64,000 nucleotides of DNA from an uncultured Actinomycetota bacterium (GCA_963770565.1 CAVYQE010000011.1:704001-768000); one strand, 5' to 3'. Positions 40,030 to 50,046 are shown, counted from the stretch's first letter. The notes: generated by a model not told the origin, from the letters alone. A program made the numbers and translations.

Positions 40030-41039
40030 TCGACTCGCTGCCGACGTTTGCACATTTGCGCCGGCTCACCGGGGTCGGCGGACTGTACGAGCACGCGCTC
40101 GGTACGCAGGTCCGGCGAGAGCACGGATACTGTCTCGACGACGCTGCGCGCGGGCTCGTTGTGGTCTGCCGCGAGGGCGAGCGGTTCGATTCCCACGACG
40201 ATCTCCGCGAGCTGTACCTGAGGTTCGTGCTGAGTGCCCAGGCGCCGGATGGGCGGTTCCGCAACCGCCGTACCGAGGACTTGCGCTGGACCGACGACGC
40301 CACGACCGAGGACTGCTGGGGACGAGCTCTGTGGGGCCTTGGTACGGCGATCTCTCACGGCTTGCCGTCGCCTGCCTCCGCGGCAGCTCTCTCCGCTTTT
40401 GAGCGCGGGGCGCGCTGGCGTTCCCCGTGGCCGCGAGCGATGGCGTTCGCTGCGCTCGGCGCGGCTGACGTCCTGATCGCAGTGCCGGGGCACGAAGGCG
40501 CGCGCTCGCTCCTCCGCGCGGCGGCGCGATCGATCGGCGCTGTTCCTGAGCAGACCAGCTGGCCGTGGCCCGAGCCGCGGCTGACCTATGCGAATGCTGC
40601 GCTGCCCGATGCCCTTCTCGCGGCCGGTAGCGCGCTCGGCGACGCATCGCTCGTCGAGGACGGCATCGTCGGGCTGGGCTGGCTTCTTGACCTGCAGACC
40701 AGGGACGGACACCTGTCAGTAGTTCCGGCCGGCGGTCGTGGGCAGGATGACGTCGGCCCCGGCTTTGACCAGCAGCCGATCGAGGTCGCGGTGTTGGCCG
40801 ACGCGTGCGCGCGGGCATATGCGTTGACCGGTCAGCGCCGCTGGGCGTGCGGTGTCGAGCTCGCCGCTGCATGGTTCCTCGGCGCCAACGACGTTGGTAT
40901 GCCGCTCATCGATGCCGACAGCGGCGGCGGATGCGACGGCTTGGAGCGCGAAGGGCGCAACGAGAACCAAGGTGCCGAGTCGACCTTGGCGCTGATCTCG
41001 ACGTTGCAGCATTCACGGTCGTTCGCGCGCTGCGCATGA
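40026..41039 (+). CDS. GT4-associated six-hairpin glycosidase-like protein
   Basis: HLRRLT...EHA...HGYCLDDAAR, EDCWGR, LTYANA, FDQQPIE, WFLGAND, NENQGAEST. This domain is fused to GT4 in other bacteria (recalled, not checked). Confidence 0.75.
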   Translation: MIDSLPTFAHLRRLTGVGGLYEHALGTQVRREHGYCLDDAARGLVVVCREGERFDSHDDLRELYLRFVLSAQAPDGRFRNRRTEDLRWTDDATTEDCWGRALWGLGTAISHGLPSPASAAALSAFERGARWRSPWPRAMAFAALGAADVLIAVPGHEGARSLLRAAARSIGAVPEQTSWPWPEPRLTYANAALPDALLAAGSALGDASLVEDGIVGLGWLLDLQTRDGHLSVVPAGGRGQDDVGPGFDQQPIEVAVLADACARAYALTGQRRWACGVELAAAWFLGANDVGMPLIDADSGGGCDGLEREGRNENQGAESTLALISTLQHSRSFARCA

Positions 41040-42565
41040 CGGTCGATCGAAGTGACGGTGCGACCAGACTGGTGACCCGCAGCGACATCAGGATCGAGGC
41101 AGACCCGAGCCGCGTTCTCGCCCGGCTGTTCGTTCCCGGCCATGAGCTAGTGGGGGACGAGCAGTCGCGCGCGACCGGCGTCCTGGCGCGCATCCTCGCG
41201 CTCCCCGAGGACGTAATCGCCGCGACCCTCGATCGGGTCCTGGCCCGCTATGCGGGGCGGCACCGCGACCTGCCCAGCACGCTGCTCGAAAACTACGAAC
41301 GGATCGCCCACCGCGTGCCCGATGGCGCTTCGGTCAGTTCAGCGCGACGTAGCGCGATCGGCGCGTGCTTCACCCATGAGTTCGCGATCGAGGGCGCGGC
41401 CCTGTTCAACCCGTCGGCGGTGCCGCATCCGGATCAGTCCGGCCTGGCGCCGGGACAGCTTCGGTTCGTGCTGAGCGTGCGCGCGGTCGGCGAGGGACAC
41501 CTGTCCTGCGTCGAGTTCCGCACCGGTGTGGTCGGTCCGGGGCGAGCCATCCAGATCGAGGATCCGGGTCTGTACGTCGATGCCGGCCAGATCCGCCCGA
41601 CGTCGTACGACCGGTCGTTGTTCGCTGCTCGGCTTGCCGAAGAAGGCGCTGACGGCGAGAGCGCCCGCTTCCTCATCAGCGAGCTGGCACCGCGGTTCGA
41701 CGAGGAGGACCTGGAGCTGGCCCTCACCGCCTTGCGTGGGCAGCGGGTGACCCGTCACGACGCGGTGTGGACGGATCAGCTCGCGCGCCTTCTTCAGCGT
41801 TGCAGCTATGAGGTCGTCTTCTCGCCGGACTCCCCGATCGGCGAGCGGGTGCTCTGGCCTCGGGCACCATCCGAGTCCCGCGGGGTCGAAGACGCCCGGT
41901 TCGTTCGGTTCGTCGAGGATGACGGCGCAGCGCACTATCGCGCGACCTACACGGCGTTTGACGGCGAGCGGGTCGCGCCACAGGTCATCGACACCGACGA
42001 CTTCCGCCACTTTCGGCTCTCGCCGCTCGCCGGGTCGGCGGCGAAGGACAAGGGGATGGCGTTGTTCCCGCGCAAGCTGGGCGGCAAGTACGTCGCGCTC
42101 TCGCGCTGGGATCGCGAGACTTCCGCGCTCGCGACGTCGGACGACGGGATGCGGTGGGACGACCCGGTCGCGTTGGACTCATCTGAGCAGCCGTGGGAGC
42201 TGATCCAGGTCGGGAACTGCGGGTCTCCCGTCGAGACCGAGGCCGGCTGGCTGGTCCTGACCCACGGCGTCGGCCCGATGCGTGAGTACGGCCTCGGGGC
42301 GCTCCTGCTCGACCTCGAGGACCCCCGGCAGGTGATCGGCAAGCTCGCCGAGCCATTGCTGGTGCCGGAAGGCGACGAACGCGACGGGTATGTGCCGAAC
42401 GTCGTCTACTCATGCGGCTCACTCCGGCACGGCGACGACTTGTTCATTCCCTATGGAGCGAGCGACACCTCGGTGCGGTTCGCATTCGTCGGCCTGCCGG
42501 GTCTGCTCGAGCGCTTGGGCGCGCGAGCATCTTCAGCGACTACCCGTGCAAAGAGCTCGGCGTAG
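41036..42565 (+). CDS. Glycoside hydrolase family 130 (mannoside phosphorylase/hydrolase)
   Basis: EGAALFNPS, RAVGEGH.S, GVEDARF, TYTAFDG, KGMALFP, GNCGSP, HGVG, YVPNVVYSCG, YGASD. Confidence 0.88.
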   Translation: MTVDRSDGATRLVTRSDIRIEADPSRVLARLFVPGHELVGDEQSRATGVLARILALPEDVIAATLDRVLARYAGRHRDLPSTLLENYERIAHRVPDGASVSSARRSAIGACFTHEFAIEGAALFNPSAVPHPDQSGLAPGQLRFVLSVRAVGEGHLSCVEFRTGVVGPGRAIQIEDPGLYVDAGQIRPTSYDRSLFAARLAEEGADGESARFLISELAPRFDEEDLELALTALRGQRVTRHDAVWTDQLARLLQRCSYEVVFSPDSPIGERVLWPRAPSESRGVEDARFVRFVEDDGAAHYRATYTAFDGERVAPQVIDTDDFRHFRLSPLAGSAAKDKGMALFPRKLGGKYVALSRWDRETSALATSDDGMRWDDPVALDSSEQPWELIQVGNCGSPVETEAGWLVLTHGVGPMREYGLGALLLDLEDPRQVIGKLAEPLLVPEGDERDGYVPNVVYSCGSLRHGDDLFIPYGASDTSVRFAFVGLPGLLERLGARASSATTRAKSSA

Positions 42566-43551
42566 TCGCCCACCATGCGCTCAGCGCTGAAGCGCGCGAC
42601 TGCGTCGCTCCGACAGTCCTGCCGGCGCAGCGTGTGAGCGCGACCGACGGCGTCGGTCGCTTCGGCGACGGAGGCCACCAGGAAGCCGGTGACGCCGGGC
42701 CGGATGAGCTCCGGCATCGATCCGCGGAGAAACGCGATGACCGGTGTACCGGCCGCCAGGGCCTCGACCACCGAGAGCCCGAACGGCTCGTCGAAGGAGA
42801 TCAGGTGCAGGAGCGCGATGGCCTCGCCGAGCAGCCGGTCCCGATCGGCCGGGCCGACGACCCCGACGTAGCTCACGTCATCGTGCCCGAGATGCGGCTC
42901 GACGAACTCGTCGAAGTACTCCTGGTCGTGCACGATCCCGGCGATGACGAGCGGCAACCCGGAGCGCCGCGCGACCTCGATGGCGAGATGAGTGCCCTTG
43001 TCCGGGTGGATCCGACCGAGGAAGAGCAGGTACCGGCCCGCCTCGGCGCGAAACGTGAACTGCGCCATGTTGATGCCGTGATGGATCGTCGCCTCGTAGC
43101 CGAGATCCGGGTGCCGGTCGGCGTCGCTGATCGCGACGTACCGCGCGATGTCGTCGTACCGCCGGTACACCGGAAGGATGCGTTCGGAGGAGAAGCCGTG
43201 GATCGTGGTGACCACCGGGGTCTTCACCAAACGGCTGTAGGTGAGCGGCAGGAAGTCGAACTGGTTCGAGATGACGTCGAAGTCATCGGCACGCTCGAAG
43301 ACCGCCGCGTTGTGCAGCCCTTCGAAGACCTTGGCGTCGACCTCGGGGTCGTCCTCGTAGCCGTGCGGGGCTTCGGCGTGCAGGGTTGCCGACGTCAGCG
43401 AGTCGCCGGTCGCGAACAAGGTCACGTCGTGTCCGAGCGCGACCAGCCCTTCGGTCAGCGTGGACGCGACCTGCTCCCATGGCCCGTAGCCCCGCGGCGG
43501 GGTGCGGTGGGCGATCGAAGCGATCACGCCGATCCGAAGTGGTTGGCTCAC
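42451..43551 (-). CDS. Glycosyltransferase family 4
   Basis: TPPRGYGPWE, GHDVTLFATGDS, TTIHG, GRIHPDKG, EPFGLSVVEALAAGTPV. Confidence 0.9.
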   Translation of the reverse strand: MSQPLRIGVIASIAHRTPPRGYGPWEQVASTLTEGLVALGHDVTLFATGDSLTSATLHAEAPHGYEDDPEVDAKVFEGLHNAAVFERADDFDVISNQFDFLPLTYSRLVKTPVVTTIHGFSSERILPVYRRYDDIARYVAISDADRHPDLGYEATIHHGINMAQFTFRAEAGRYLLFLGRIHPDKGTHLAIEVARRSGLPLVIAGIVHDQEYFDEFVEPHLGHDDVSYVGVVGPADRDRLLGEAIALLHLISFDEPFGLSVVEALAAGTPVIAFLRGSMPELIRPGVTGFLVASVAEATDAVGRAHTLRRQDCRSDAVARFSAERMVGDYAELFARVVAEDARAPKRSSRPGRPTNANRTEVSLAP

Positions 43552-43568
43552 GGCCGCGGTCGCACGGG

Positions 43569-45254
43569 GTGACCGCCGCCGAAGGTGTCCGCGACGTTGT
43601 ACGGATCGAGCTGCGGGGAGCGCCGATTGCGGTGTTCGTGGACGCCGAGGCGATCGGTGCAGCGCACACCCCAGAAGGCATCAGGGTGCGTCGCCTGCTG
43701 ACCGGACTGGGCCTCGATGTCGTTCACGTCGTCGGCGATGGTCCAACGCTACCCGCGCCGACAGTTGCGTGCTTCGGGCGTGACCATCCGCAGATTCCTC
43801 AATGCCATGCCTGGTTCGTCGGGGCGGGTGCGTGCCCGGCCTGGATGCACCCCACGGATGGGAACGGGTGGCGCGCGACGGTCGAGATTCTCGCGCTGCT
43901 GGGCACCGGCTTCGTGCAGGAGCGCGCGGCGGCTGCCTTTCGGTCAGCGGGTGCCGGCGGTGGCCCGGTCTCGACCATTGAGTACGCCCACGACGGGATC
44001 GTCGGGGGGATCGACGCGGCCGCGTGCGTCGCCGAGCCGCGTCGCGCCGCGCCGCTGTTGACGCCACTCGATGCCCGGTATCGCCGTGAGCTGGTCTCGG
44101 CGTCACTCGATGCGTTGGAACGGTGCCGCGCCGGCAACGGTGCGATCGGCGCGGCGCCGCCGCCGGTCTCCCCGGATCACACGGACTACTGGTTCTTCTG
44201 GCAACGCGACGCGGCTCATGTCGCGCTTGCACTTGCTGCGACGGCGCGCTCCGAGGTCGATGACGTGGCCCGCCGGAGGGCGGGCGCCCTGCTCGACTCG
44301 TACCTCGGCTTCATCGGCTACCTCGGCCCCGAGCTCGAGCGAGGGGGCGACGTCGGCGCCAGCCGGTGCACGATGGCCGGCCGTCCCGTGGGCGGGTACG
44401 GCGATCCGCAGCCCGATGGCCCTGCGGCGACCGCGCTCGCGGTCCTCTCCGCGATCGATGACGCTCATGCTGCACTGTCGATCGCGCGGCCGTTCCTCGA
44501 CTTCCTCTGCAGCACCGAGGCGATGCTGCCCGCCTTCGACCTCTGGGAGCTGACCGTCGGCACGTCGTTTCATGCGGTCAACCTCATGCGCCGGGCGTTG
44601 CGCCTCGGGGCCGCGACCGCGGCAGCTGCCAACGACCCGGCCGCTGATCGGTATCTCGATGCCGCGACGCGGACGGGCTCGCTGCTCGACACCTTCCGCG
44701 ATCCATCCACCGGCACGCTCGCCCACGTGCTCCGTCCGCAGCCGCCGTGGCTCGACCTCACCAGCCAGCTCGACGTGAGTGCGGTCGGCAGCGTCCTGCT
44801 CGGCTACGACCCCACCGACGCGACGATGACCGTGGACGACCCTGGGGTCGTCGCGACGATGTGCCAGCTCGACGATCGCTTTGCGTTGCGTTGGCCGATC
44901 AACATCGCGTGGCGATCGGCCGGACGCGCGGGGGCCGGGCTGGGCCGCTTTCCGGAGGACTGCAACGACGGCACCGGGTCGACGGGGGGCAATCCCTGGC
45001 CGGTCGCGACGCTCTGGGCGGCGCAGTATCACCTCCGCAGAGCGCAGGGCGGCCCGCACCTCGACCCGAGGAATGCAGCCGACCAAGCGGCGGAAGTCGT
45101 ACAGGCGCTCGGCTTCTTGTCCTTCGTGACCTCCCACTGCAATGTCGCATCGATCGGCGAACAGATCGATGGAGCGACTGGCGCCGGCCGCGGCCCGCGA
45201 CCACTTGCCTGGGCCCACGCCGAACTGCTCACGACCCTCTCGCTGCTCCCGTGA
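43569..45254 (+). CDS. GH15 glucoamylase-like protein with uncertain N-terminus
   Basis: DYWFFWQRDAA, PQPDGPA, DLWE, GRFPED, GNPW..ATLW, EQID, LAWAHA. The start position is uncertain. Confidence 0.75.
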   Translation: MTAAEGVRDVVRIELRGAPIAVFVDAEAIGAAHTPEGIRVRRLLTGLGLDVVHVVGDGPTLPAPTVACFGRDHPQIPQCHAWFVGAGACPAWMHPTDGNGWRATVEILALLGTGFVQERAAAAFRSAGAGGGPVSTIEYAHDGIVGGIDAAACVAEPRRAAPLLTPLDARYRRELVSASLDALERCRAGNGAIGAAPPPVSPDHTDYWFFWQRDAAHVALALAATARSEVDDVARRRAGALLDSYLGFIGYLGPELERGGDVGASRCTMAGRPVGGYGDPQPDGPAATALAVLSAIDDAHAALSIARPFLDFLCSTEAMLPAFDLWELTVGTSFHAVNLMRRALRLGAATAAAANDPAADRYLDAATRTGSLLDTFRDPSTGTLAHVLRPQPPWLDLTSQLDVSAVGSVLLGYDPTDATMTVDDPGVVATMCQLDDRFALRWPINIAWRSAGRAGAGLGRFPEDCNDGTGSTGGNPWPVATLWAAQYHLRRAQGGPHLDPRNAADQAAEVVQALGFLSFVTSHCNVASIGEQIDGATGAGRGPRPLAWAHAELLTTLSLLP

Positions 45255-45258
45255 CGTC

Positions 45259-47562
45259 CTACATCGCAGGGGAGTAGACGGTCGCGGCTACGGTCTTGCC
45301 GTCCGAGAGCAGTTCCTCGACCTCTTGGGGTGAGGACGGTCGGCCTAGCAGGAAGCCTTGTCCGACCTGGCAACCGAGCGCGTCGAGGAACCTGAGCTGG
45401 CTCTCTTCCTCGATTCCTTCCGGGATGACTTCGAGCTGGAGTCGTTGGCCGAGGGTGACGATGCCGTCGAGGATCGCCGGGTTCGGCGCGCCGTCGAGTG
45501 TGCCGGAGACGAACGCCCGGTCGATCTTGAGGATGTCGACCGGCAACCGGTCGAGGTATCCGAGGCTCGAGTAGCCGGTTCCGAAGTCGTCGATGGCAAC
45601 CTTCACGCCGATGCTCTGAAGGTCGAGCAGGTTCTCGGCGGCGATTCCGTGCGGGTCGATCAGGACGGACTCGGTGACCTCTAGCACCAGTGAGGTTGGC
45701 GCGAGATCAGCCTCTGCCAGGGCGTTGCGAACCACCGCGACGAAGTCAGGCTTCTCGACCTGGCAGGCCGAGACGTTGACCGAGAGGTAGAGGTCGGGGC
45801 GGTGGTGGGCGATTTGCCAGCCACGCAGTTGGCTTCCGGCGATGCGCAGCACCGCCGCGCCGATGTCCACGAGGGCACCGGTTGCCTCCGCGGCGGAGAT
45901 GAACGCGTCGGGGAAGAGCAGACCGCGGGTGGGGTGCTGCCAGCGGACGAGAGCCTCGAATCCGACCGGCGTACGGGTTTGGAGTTCGACGAGGGCCTGG
46001 TAGCTGAGCACGAGCTCGTCGCGCCGGGTGGCGTTGAGGACGTCCTTGCTGAGCTGTGCAATGTCGTCGGCTGCGTGCTCAAGGTCGGTGGTGTATTGCT
46101 CGACGCGGCCCTTGCCGCTCCGCTTCGCGTGGTACATCGCGATGTCCGCCTCGCGGAGCAGGTCCTCCGGGTCCGCGGCCTCTGATCGGAACGTGAGCCC
46201 GACGCTGGCGGTGACTTGCACGGTCGCGGTATCGAGTGTTACCGGGCGGGCCAGCGACGAGATGATCCGATCGCCCACTGCGACGGCCGCGTCCTTGGTG
46301 CCAAGGCCGGCGAGGAGGATGGCGAACTCGTCGCCGCCGAAGCGGGCGATCAGGTCAGTCGGACGAACGATCTCGCTGAGCCGATCCGCGACGGCGGTGA
46401 GGAGCGCGTCGCCCGCCGGGTGACCCAGGCTGTCGTTGACGTCTTTGAAGTCGTCGAGGTCGATGAAGAGTAAGGCGGCCAGCCCGGGCCGGCGTTGAAG
46501 GCGATTTCCTGCGAGGTCGCAGAACGCAGTCCGGTTGTGAAGCCCGGTCAGCGGATCGGTCGTCGCCCTCCGCTTGAGTTGCGCGCCGACGACGGACAGC
46601 TGGCGGTTGAGGTCAATGAGCCGCGCCATCACGAGCACGCAGCAAGCGGCACTGGTGAGCGAGGCGAACACCCTCACGTCGGGGTCCAGCAGGAGGATGG
46701 TCGGCCCGGTGAGTATCGCCGCAAAGAGGAAGCCGATCCGCTCTGCTGACAGCCGGGTACTCGGCCGTGGCCGGTGATCCGTGACCGATGTGGCGTGGGG
46801 GTGTAGCGCGGCCATTCCCACGAGGAGGTACGAGGACATCCACAGGCCGTCGGGCGCGCCCCCGAAGTGGTAGGTCCCGGCAGCGAGCTGGGACGTGTAG
46901 ACGCTGTCGCCGAACAGAAGGCACACGAAGCTGGCGGCAAGCATTCCGATTGCACCGTTGCGCCAGCCGCCGGCGACGACGAACCGCACGAGCAAGATGA
47001 AGACCATCAGGTCCATGCCCGGGTAGGCGATCGACACGATGTGCGAAGCAGGCGACATCGGCGTGTGCACGATCGGCGCGATCAGATACTGCCAGGTCGT
47101 GGCCGCTCCAGCCACCGCCAAGATGGCCGCGTCGAGCGCATCGCCACGACGCTCGGCCCGCCTGCGGCGCTGGGTGAGTGCCCACAGCGCGACGCCGAAG
47201 CACGGATACATCGCCAACCAAGGGATATCGACGACTGACGGGAACGGAAGCGGTCGACCGGTCGCGAGCGGGTAGGCGTAGTACGGCACATTCGCAGCGG
47301 TGGACAGCAGCATCGCAGCGGCGAGTGCCGACCACGCGACCCGGTTCGTGCCCCGACTCCGCACTGCTGCGATCGCCGCGGCGACCGCCGCGGTGAAGTT
47401 GATCGTGTTCGTGACCGCGGCCTGCCCCGAGCCGGCGCGCGTGAGGGAGTAGTAGCCGGAGATCGCGATGAGGCCAACGGTCGCGTACCACGCCCACGCC
47501 ATCCGGCGCCACGCCGGTCGCCGCGTGAGGCTGGGCGGTGTGGCCACCCAGGGAGAGGCCAT
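45259..47562 (-). CDS. Multi-TM GGDEF-EAL diguanylate cyclase/phosphodiesterase
   Basis: About 9 TM; DPLTGLHNR, DLDDFK.VND, RxxD I-site (RPTD), intact GGDEF, EALVRW, DDFGTGYSSL. Leaderless GAGAAT-N6-ATG at 47562. Confidence 0.92.
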   Translation of the reverse strand: MASPWVATPPSLTRRPAWRRMAWAWYATVGLIAISGYYSLTRAGSGQAAVTNTINFTAAVAAAIAAVRSRGTNRVAWSALAAAMLLSTAANVPYYAYPLATGRPLPFPSVVDIPWLAMYPCFGVALWALTQRRRRAERRGDALDAAILAVAGAATTWQYLIAPIVHTPMSPASHIVSIAYPGMDLMVFILLVRFVVAGGWRNGAIGMLAASFVCLLFGDSVYTSQLAAGTYHFGGAPDGLWMSSYLLVGMAALHPHATSVTDHRPRPSTRLSAERIGFLFAAILTGPTILLLDPDVRVFASLTSAACCVLVMARLIDLNRQLSVVGAQLKRRATTDPLTGLHNRTAFCDLAGNRLQRRPGLAALLFIDLDDFKDVNDSLGHPAGDALLTAVADRLSEIVRPTDLIARFGGDEFAILLAGLGTKDAAVAVGDRIISSLARPVTLDTATVQVTASVGLTFRSEAADPEDLLREADIAMYHAKRSGKGRVEQYTTDLEHAADDIAQLSKDVLNATRRDELVLSYQALVELQTRTPVGFEALVRWQHPTRGLLFPDAFISAAEATGALVDIGAAVLRIAGSQLRGWQIAHHRPDLYLSVNVSACQVEKPDFVAVVRNALAEADLAPTSLVLEVTESVLIDPHGIAAENLLDLQSIGVKVAIDDFGTGYSSLGYLDRLPVDILKIDRAFVSGTLDGAPNPAILDGIVTLGQRLQLEVIPEGIEEESQLRFLDALGCQVGQGFLLGRPSSPQEVEELLSDGKTVAATVYSPAM

Positions 47563-47598
47563 ACCCAAATTCTCGACCACGCCTGACCCCGCGGGCAT

Positions 47599-47612
47599 GG
47601 GACCAAGGTCCC
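47599..47612. promoter_or_regulatory. DosR/DevR-like box
   Basis: GGGACCAAGGTCCC palindrome centred 43.5 bp upstream of ATG 47562. Confidence 0.7.
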
Positions 47613-47739
47613 GAACCCCCACACTTTGGTCGGGAAGGTACGGAGCGATCGGCCTAGTCCGGGAGCGTCCGGATGCCCCGTCGACGTGCTCTGGCACCGG
47701 CTCCGACGTCCAGCAACGCAGAGGCCCGGTCGTGAGACC

Positions 47740-47925
47740 GGGCCTCTGCGTTCGTGTCTGCCGTCATACTCAGCCGCTGATGCCTGCCGCCTGGCATTCC
47801 GCCTTGTAGGCGGAATGCAGAGCTGGGGGCATCGATCTCTGCGTACCGCGCTGATGACGTCGTGTCCGGCAAGATCACACTCACCGAACCCTTACCCGCC
47901 GCCGTTAGCGGCGCGAACTGCACCA
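47740..47925 (-). pseudogene. Remnant of a sugar ABC transporter substrate-binding protein (XylF/ChvE-like)
   Basis: AAGKGSVSVILPDTTSSARYAEIDAP matches the N-terminal motif of these SBPs; similarity collapses on both sides. Confidence 0.55.
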
Positions 47926-48154
47926 TCGCAAGGCCTTCGATTGGCGATTCACGCCATACCTCCCCTACTGGGCAGGCCGCACATGGGCTTTGGCCCGTCG
48001 CATTTCGTCGCTGTCCAATACCCTCCCGGCAGACTGACCTCGATAGGGCCGAAGGTCGCTTCACGCGCATGCTTCGGACCCCCTCATTGCCGGACTCAGC
48101 CACTGATGGGCCCACGGCGCTCGGATCGCTGGCTGCTCGCTCCGCAACCGGCAA

Positions 48155-49465
48155 CTACGACGGCGGGACGCCGTTGTCGCGCTCGATCAGCCAGTCCCGC
48201 AGCTGTCTCCATACCCGCGGGTGGTTGAGCAGGTCGAGGTGATGCAATCGGCCGAGATGTCGGCCTCGTTCAGCGCGGAGAGGTAACGCGCGGCGAGCGC
48301 CCTTGCCCGAGGCGCTGGGGAAGGTGACGAGGGCATCGCCGATCGTTCGGGCGATCACATGGTCCTGATCGCGGCTCAACGTCGCGCCGATGTAGTAGTG
48401 CTCGGCAGTGTCGAGCAGCGGTGCACAGTCGGTCGGCTCGGGTCGCAAGGCGTCGGGATCGATGACGTCGGCCCAGTCCTCGGGCCGTACGTCGCCATAT
48501 CTGAGGTCTTTGATGCCAACGCTACGGCTCGCGAGCGCGCCCGCGAGCGGGCGGGTCTCGGGTAGCTTTCGCAGCGCGACACCGGCCGCAACCGCGGCCA
48601 TCTCGAGGGGTGCGCCGAGGTGCGGCGTACCGAGGTAGACCACCCGGCGAACGAGATCGACCCACGGCTCGTCGCCCCGCCGGCCATGGCAGCAGGAAGA
48701 ACGGATCACCAGGCCGCCCATCGAGTGGCCGACCAGGGTCAGCCGGGTGACCTCGACCGGCCAGTGGGCGACGAGATCGGAAAGCAACGCCGCGAGCTGC
48801 TCGCCGTTGGCGGAGACGTGCAGACCGGTGTTGTACCGCAGGTACACGGGGGTTGCACCGGCCTCGGCGGCGAGTCTCGACCCGTGCGATGAGTCGCTGT
48901 CGCCGTAGTGCTCATCGGCCTTCATCCACCAGGCGCGCTCGGTCTCGCACAGGCCGTGCACGAAGACGACGAGGTCGTGGCTCGGCCGGGCGAACGCGGT
49001 CCGCAAGCCAGGGGCGGTCAATGCAACGTCGCGCCCGCCTGCTCGTACGGTCATCGTGAGCGCCAGCGGGTTCTGCCAGCGTGCAAGGCGGTCGCCCCAC
49101 GCGCCGTTCAATGCGCCGACGACGACGTTGCTGCGGGGTCGATCGGCCAGCCGGAGGTAGTCCTCGGAGTGGCAGCGCCTGGTCGTGACCTCACCGACAA
49201 CGTGGCCCGCCGCGTACGAGGCGACCCGAATGCCTCCGCCGACCACGGCGTACACGCCTTTGCTGATGCCGCCGACCAGCACACCGATCGCCCCCGCCTG
49301 GGGCCCGGTGAGGGAGAACACCCGCTCGGAGATGGCCGTGTGGACCTCGCCGATCGTTGCGGTCGTCGCCGCCAGGCCGCGACCGGCGATCGCGGCAGTG
49401 GCAATCGCATCAGATCGCCGCGGGTCGTTGCATGCGCCGTCGAACGTAAGGACGATTCCCGCCAT
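48155..49465 (-). CDS. PGAP1-like alpha/beta hydrolase (lipase/esterase)
   Basis: VFVHGLCETE, RYNTGLH.S.NG, GHSMGG nucleophile elbow, LGTPHLGAPLE, GDALV, HLDLLNHP. Confidence 0.85.
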   Translation of the reverse strand: MAGIVLTFDGACNDPRRSDAIATAAIAGRGLAATTATIGEVHTAISERVFSLTGPQAGAIGVLVGGISKGVYAVVGGGIRVASYAAGHVVGEVTTRRCHSEDYLRLADRPRSNVVVGALNGAWGDRLARWQNPLALTMTVRAGGRDVALTAPGLRTAFARPSHDLVVFVHGLCETERAWWMKADEHYGDSDSSHGSRLAAEAGATPVYLRYNTGLHVSANGEQLAALLSDLVAHWPVEVTRLTLVGHSMGGLVIRSSCCHGRRGDEPWVDLVRRVVYLGTPHLGAPLEMAAVAAGVALRKLPETRPLAGALASRSVGIKDLRYGDVRPEDWADVIDPDALRPEPTDCAPLLDTAEHYYIGATLSRDQDHVIARTIGDALVTFPSASGKGARRALPLRAERGRHLGRLHHLDLLNHPRVWRQLRDWLIERDNGVPPS

Positions 49466-49785
49466 CGCCTCATGATGCCCCATGGAACTGCGCCGTCACT
49501 GCTCATTCGCGGGTCGCTGCAAGGTCGGCGTTAGCGAGCCAGCTCCCGATTGGCGGCGATCACCCTACGGCCGGAACGACAGCTGCGCAGGGAGAATGAC
49601 CGATGATGCCGCTTGGGCCGGCGGTGCGGCTAGGCAAGATCAACGGCGGCAGCGTCTTCGTTTGTCGCAACGCGTCGAATGGCTGCCGGTTCGGACCTTC
49701 GGCAAAGCCTGGGCGTCGACGATGGAACATTGACGGGATGTCGTGAGTGAGGAGACTTGGCTTTCACGAGATAGGAAGGCCCGTG

Positions 49786-49953
49786 ATGGCAACTGATAGC
49801 GCCGCTGCTCGCGAGGCGATCTTGAAGCGGATCGTTGACCTAGCGCCACAGTCGAGCTCACAGAACATCGCCCATCTGGCCCAGGCATGGGCCTACCTCA
49901 GTGGTATCGCAACACCGGCTGAGACCCCCGTTATCGACGTCGCTATCGGCTAG
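49786..49953 (+). CDS. Small hypothetical protein (55 aa)
   Basis: AGGAAGG RBS; amphipathic helical sequence ..LAQAWAYL.. Confidence 0.5.
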   Translation: MATDSAAAREAILKRIVDLAPQSSSQNIAHLAQAWAYLSGIATPAETPVIDVAIG

Positions 49954-50046
49954 GGTCGTCGACCCCGCCCAGCGCGCGACGGAGCCGGGTCGAGCCGCGA
50001 ACAGGTCTGGCTGACATGGCCCGGCACTGCGCCCGCATGACCGCAC

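Noticed and set aside
49484-49785. Intergenic region examined for a riboswitch or sRNA (also 12528-12685, 16817-17004, 38562-38842)
   Set aside because: No recognisable riboswitch or tRNA consensus by eye; a covariance-model search would be needed to exclude one.
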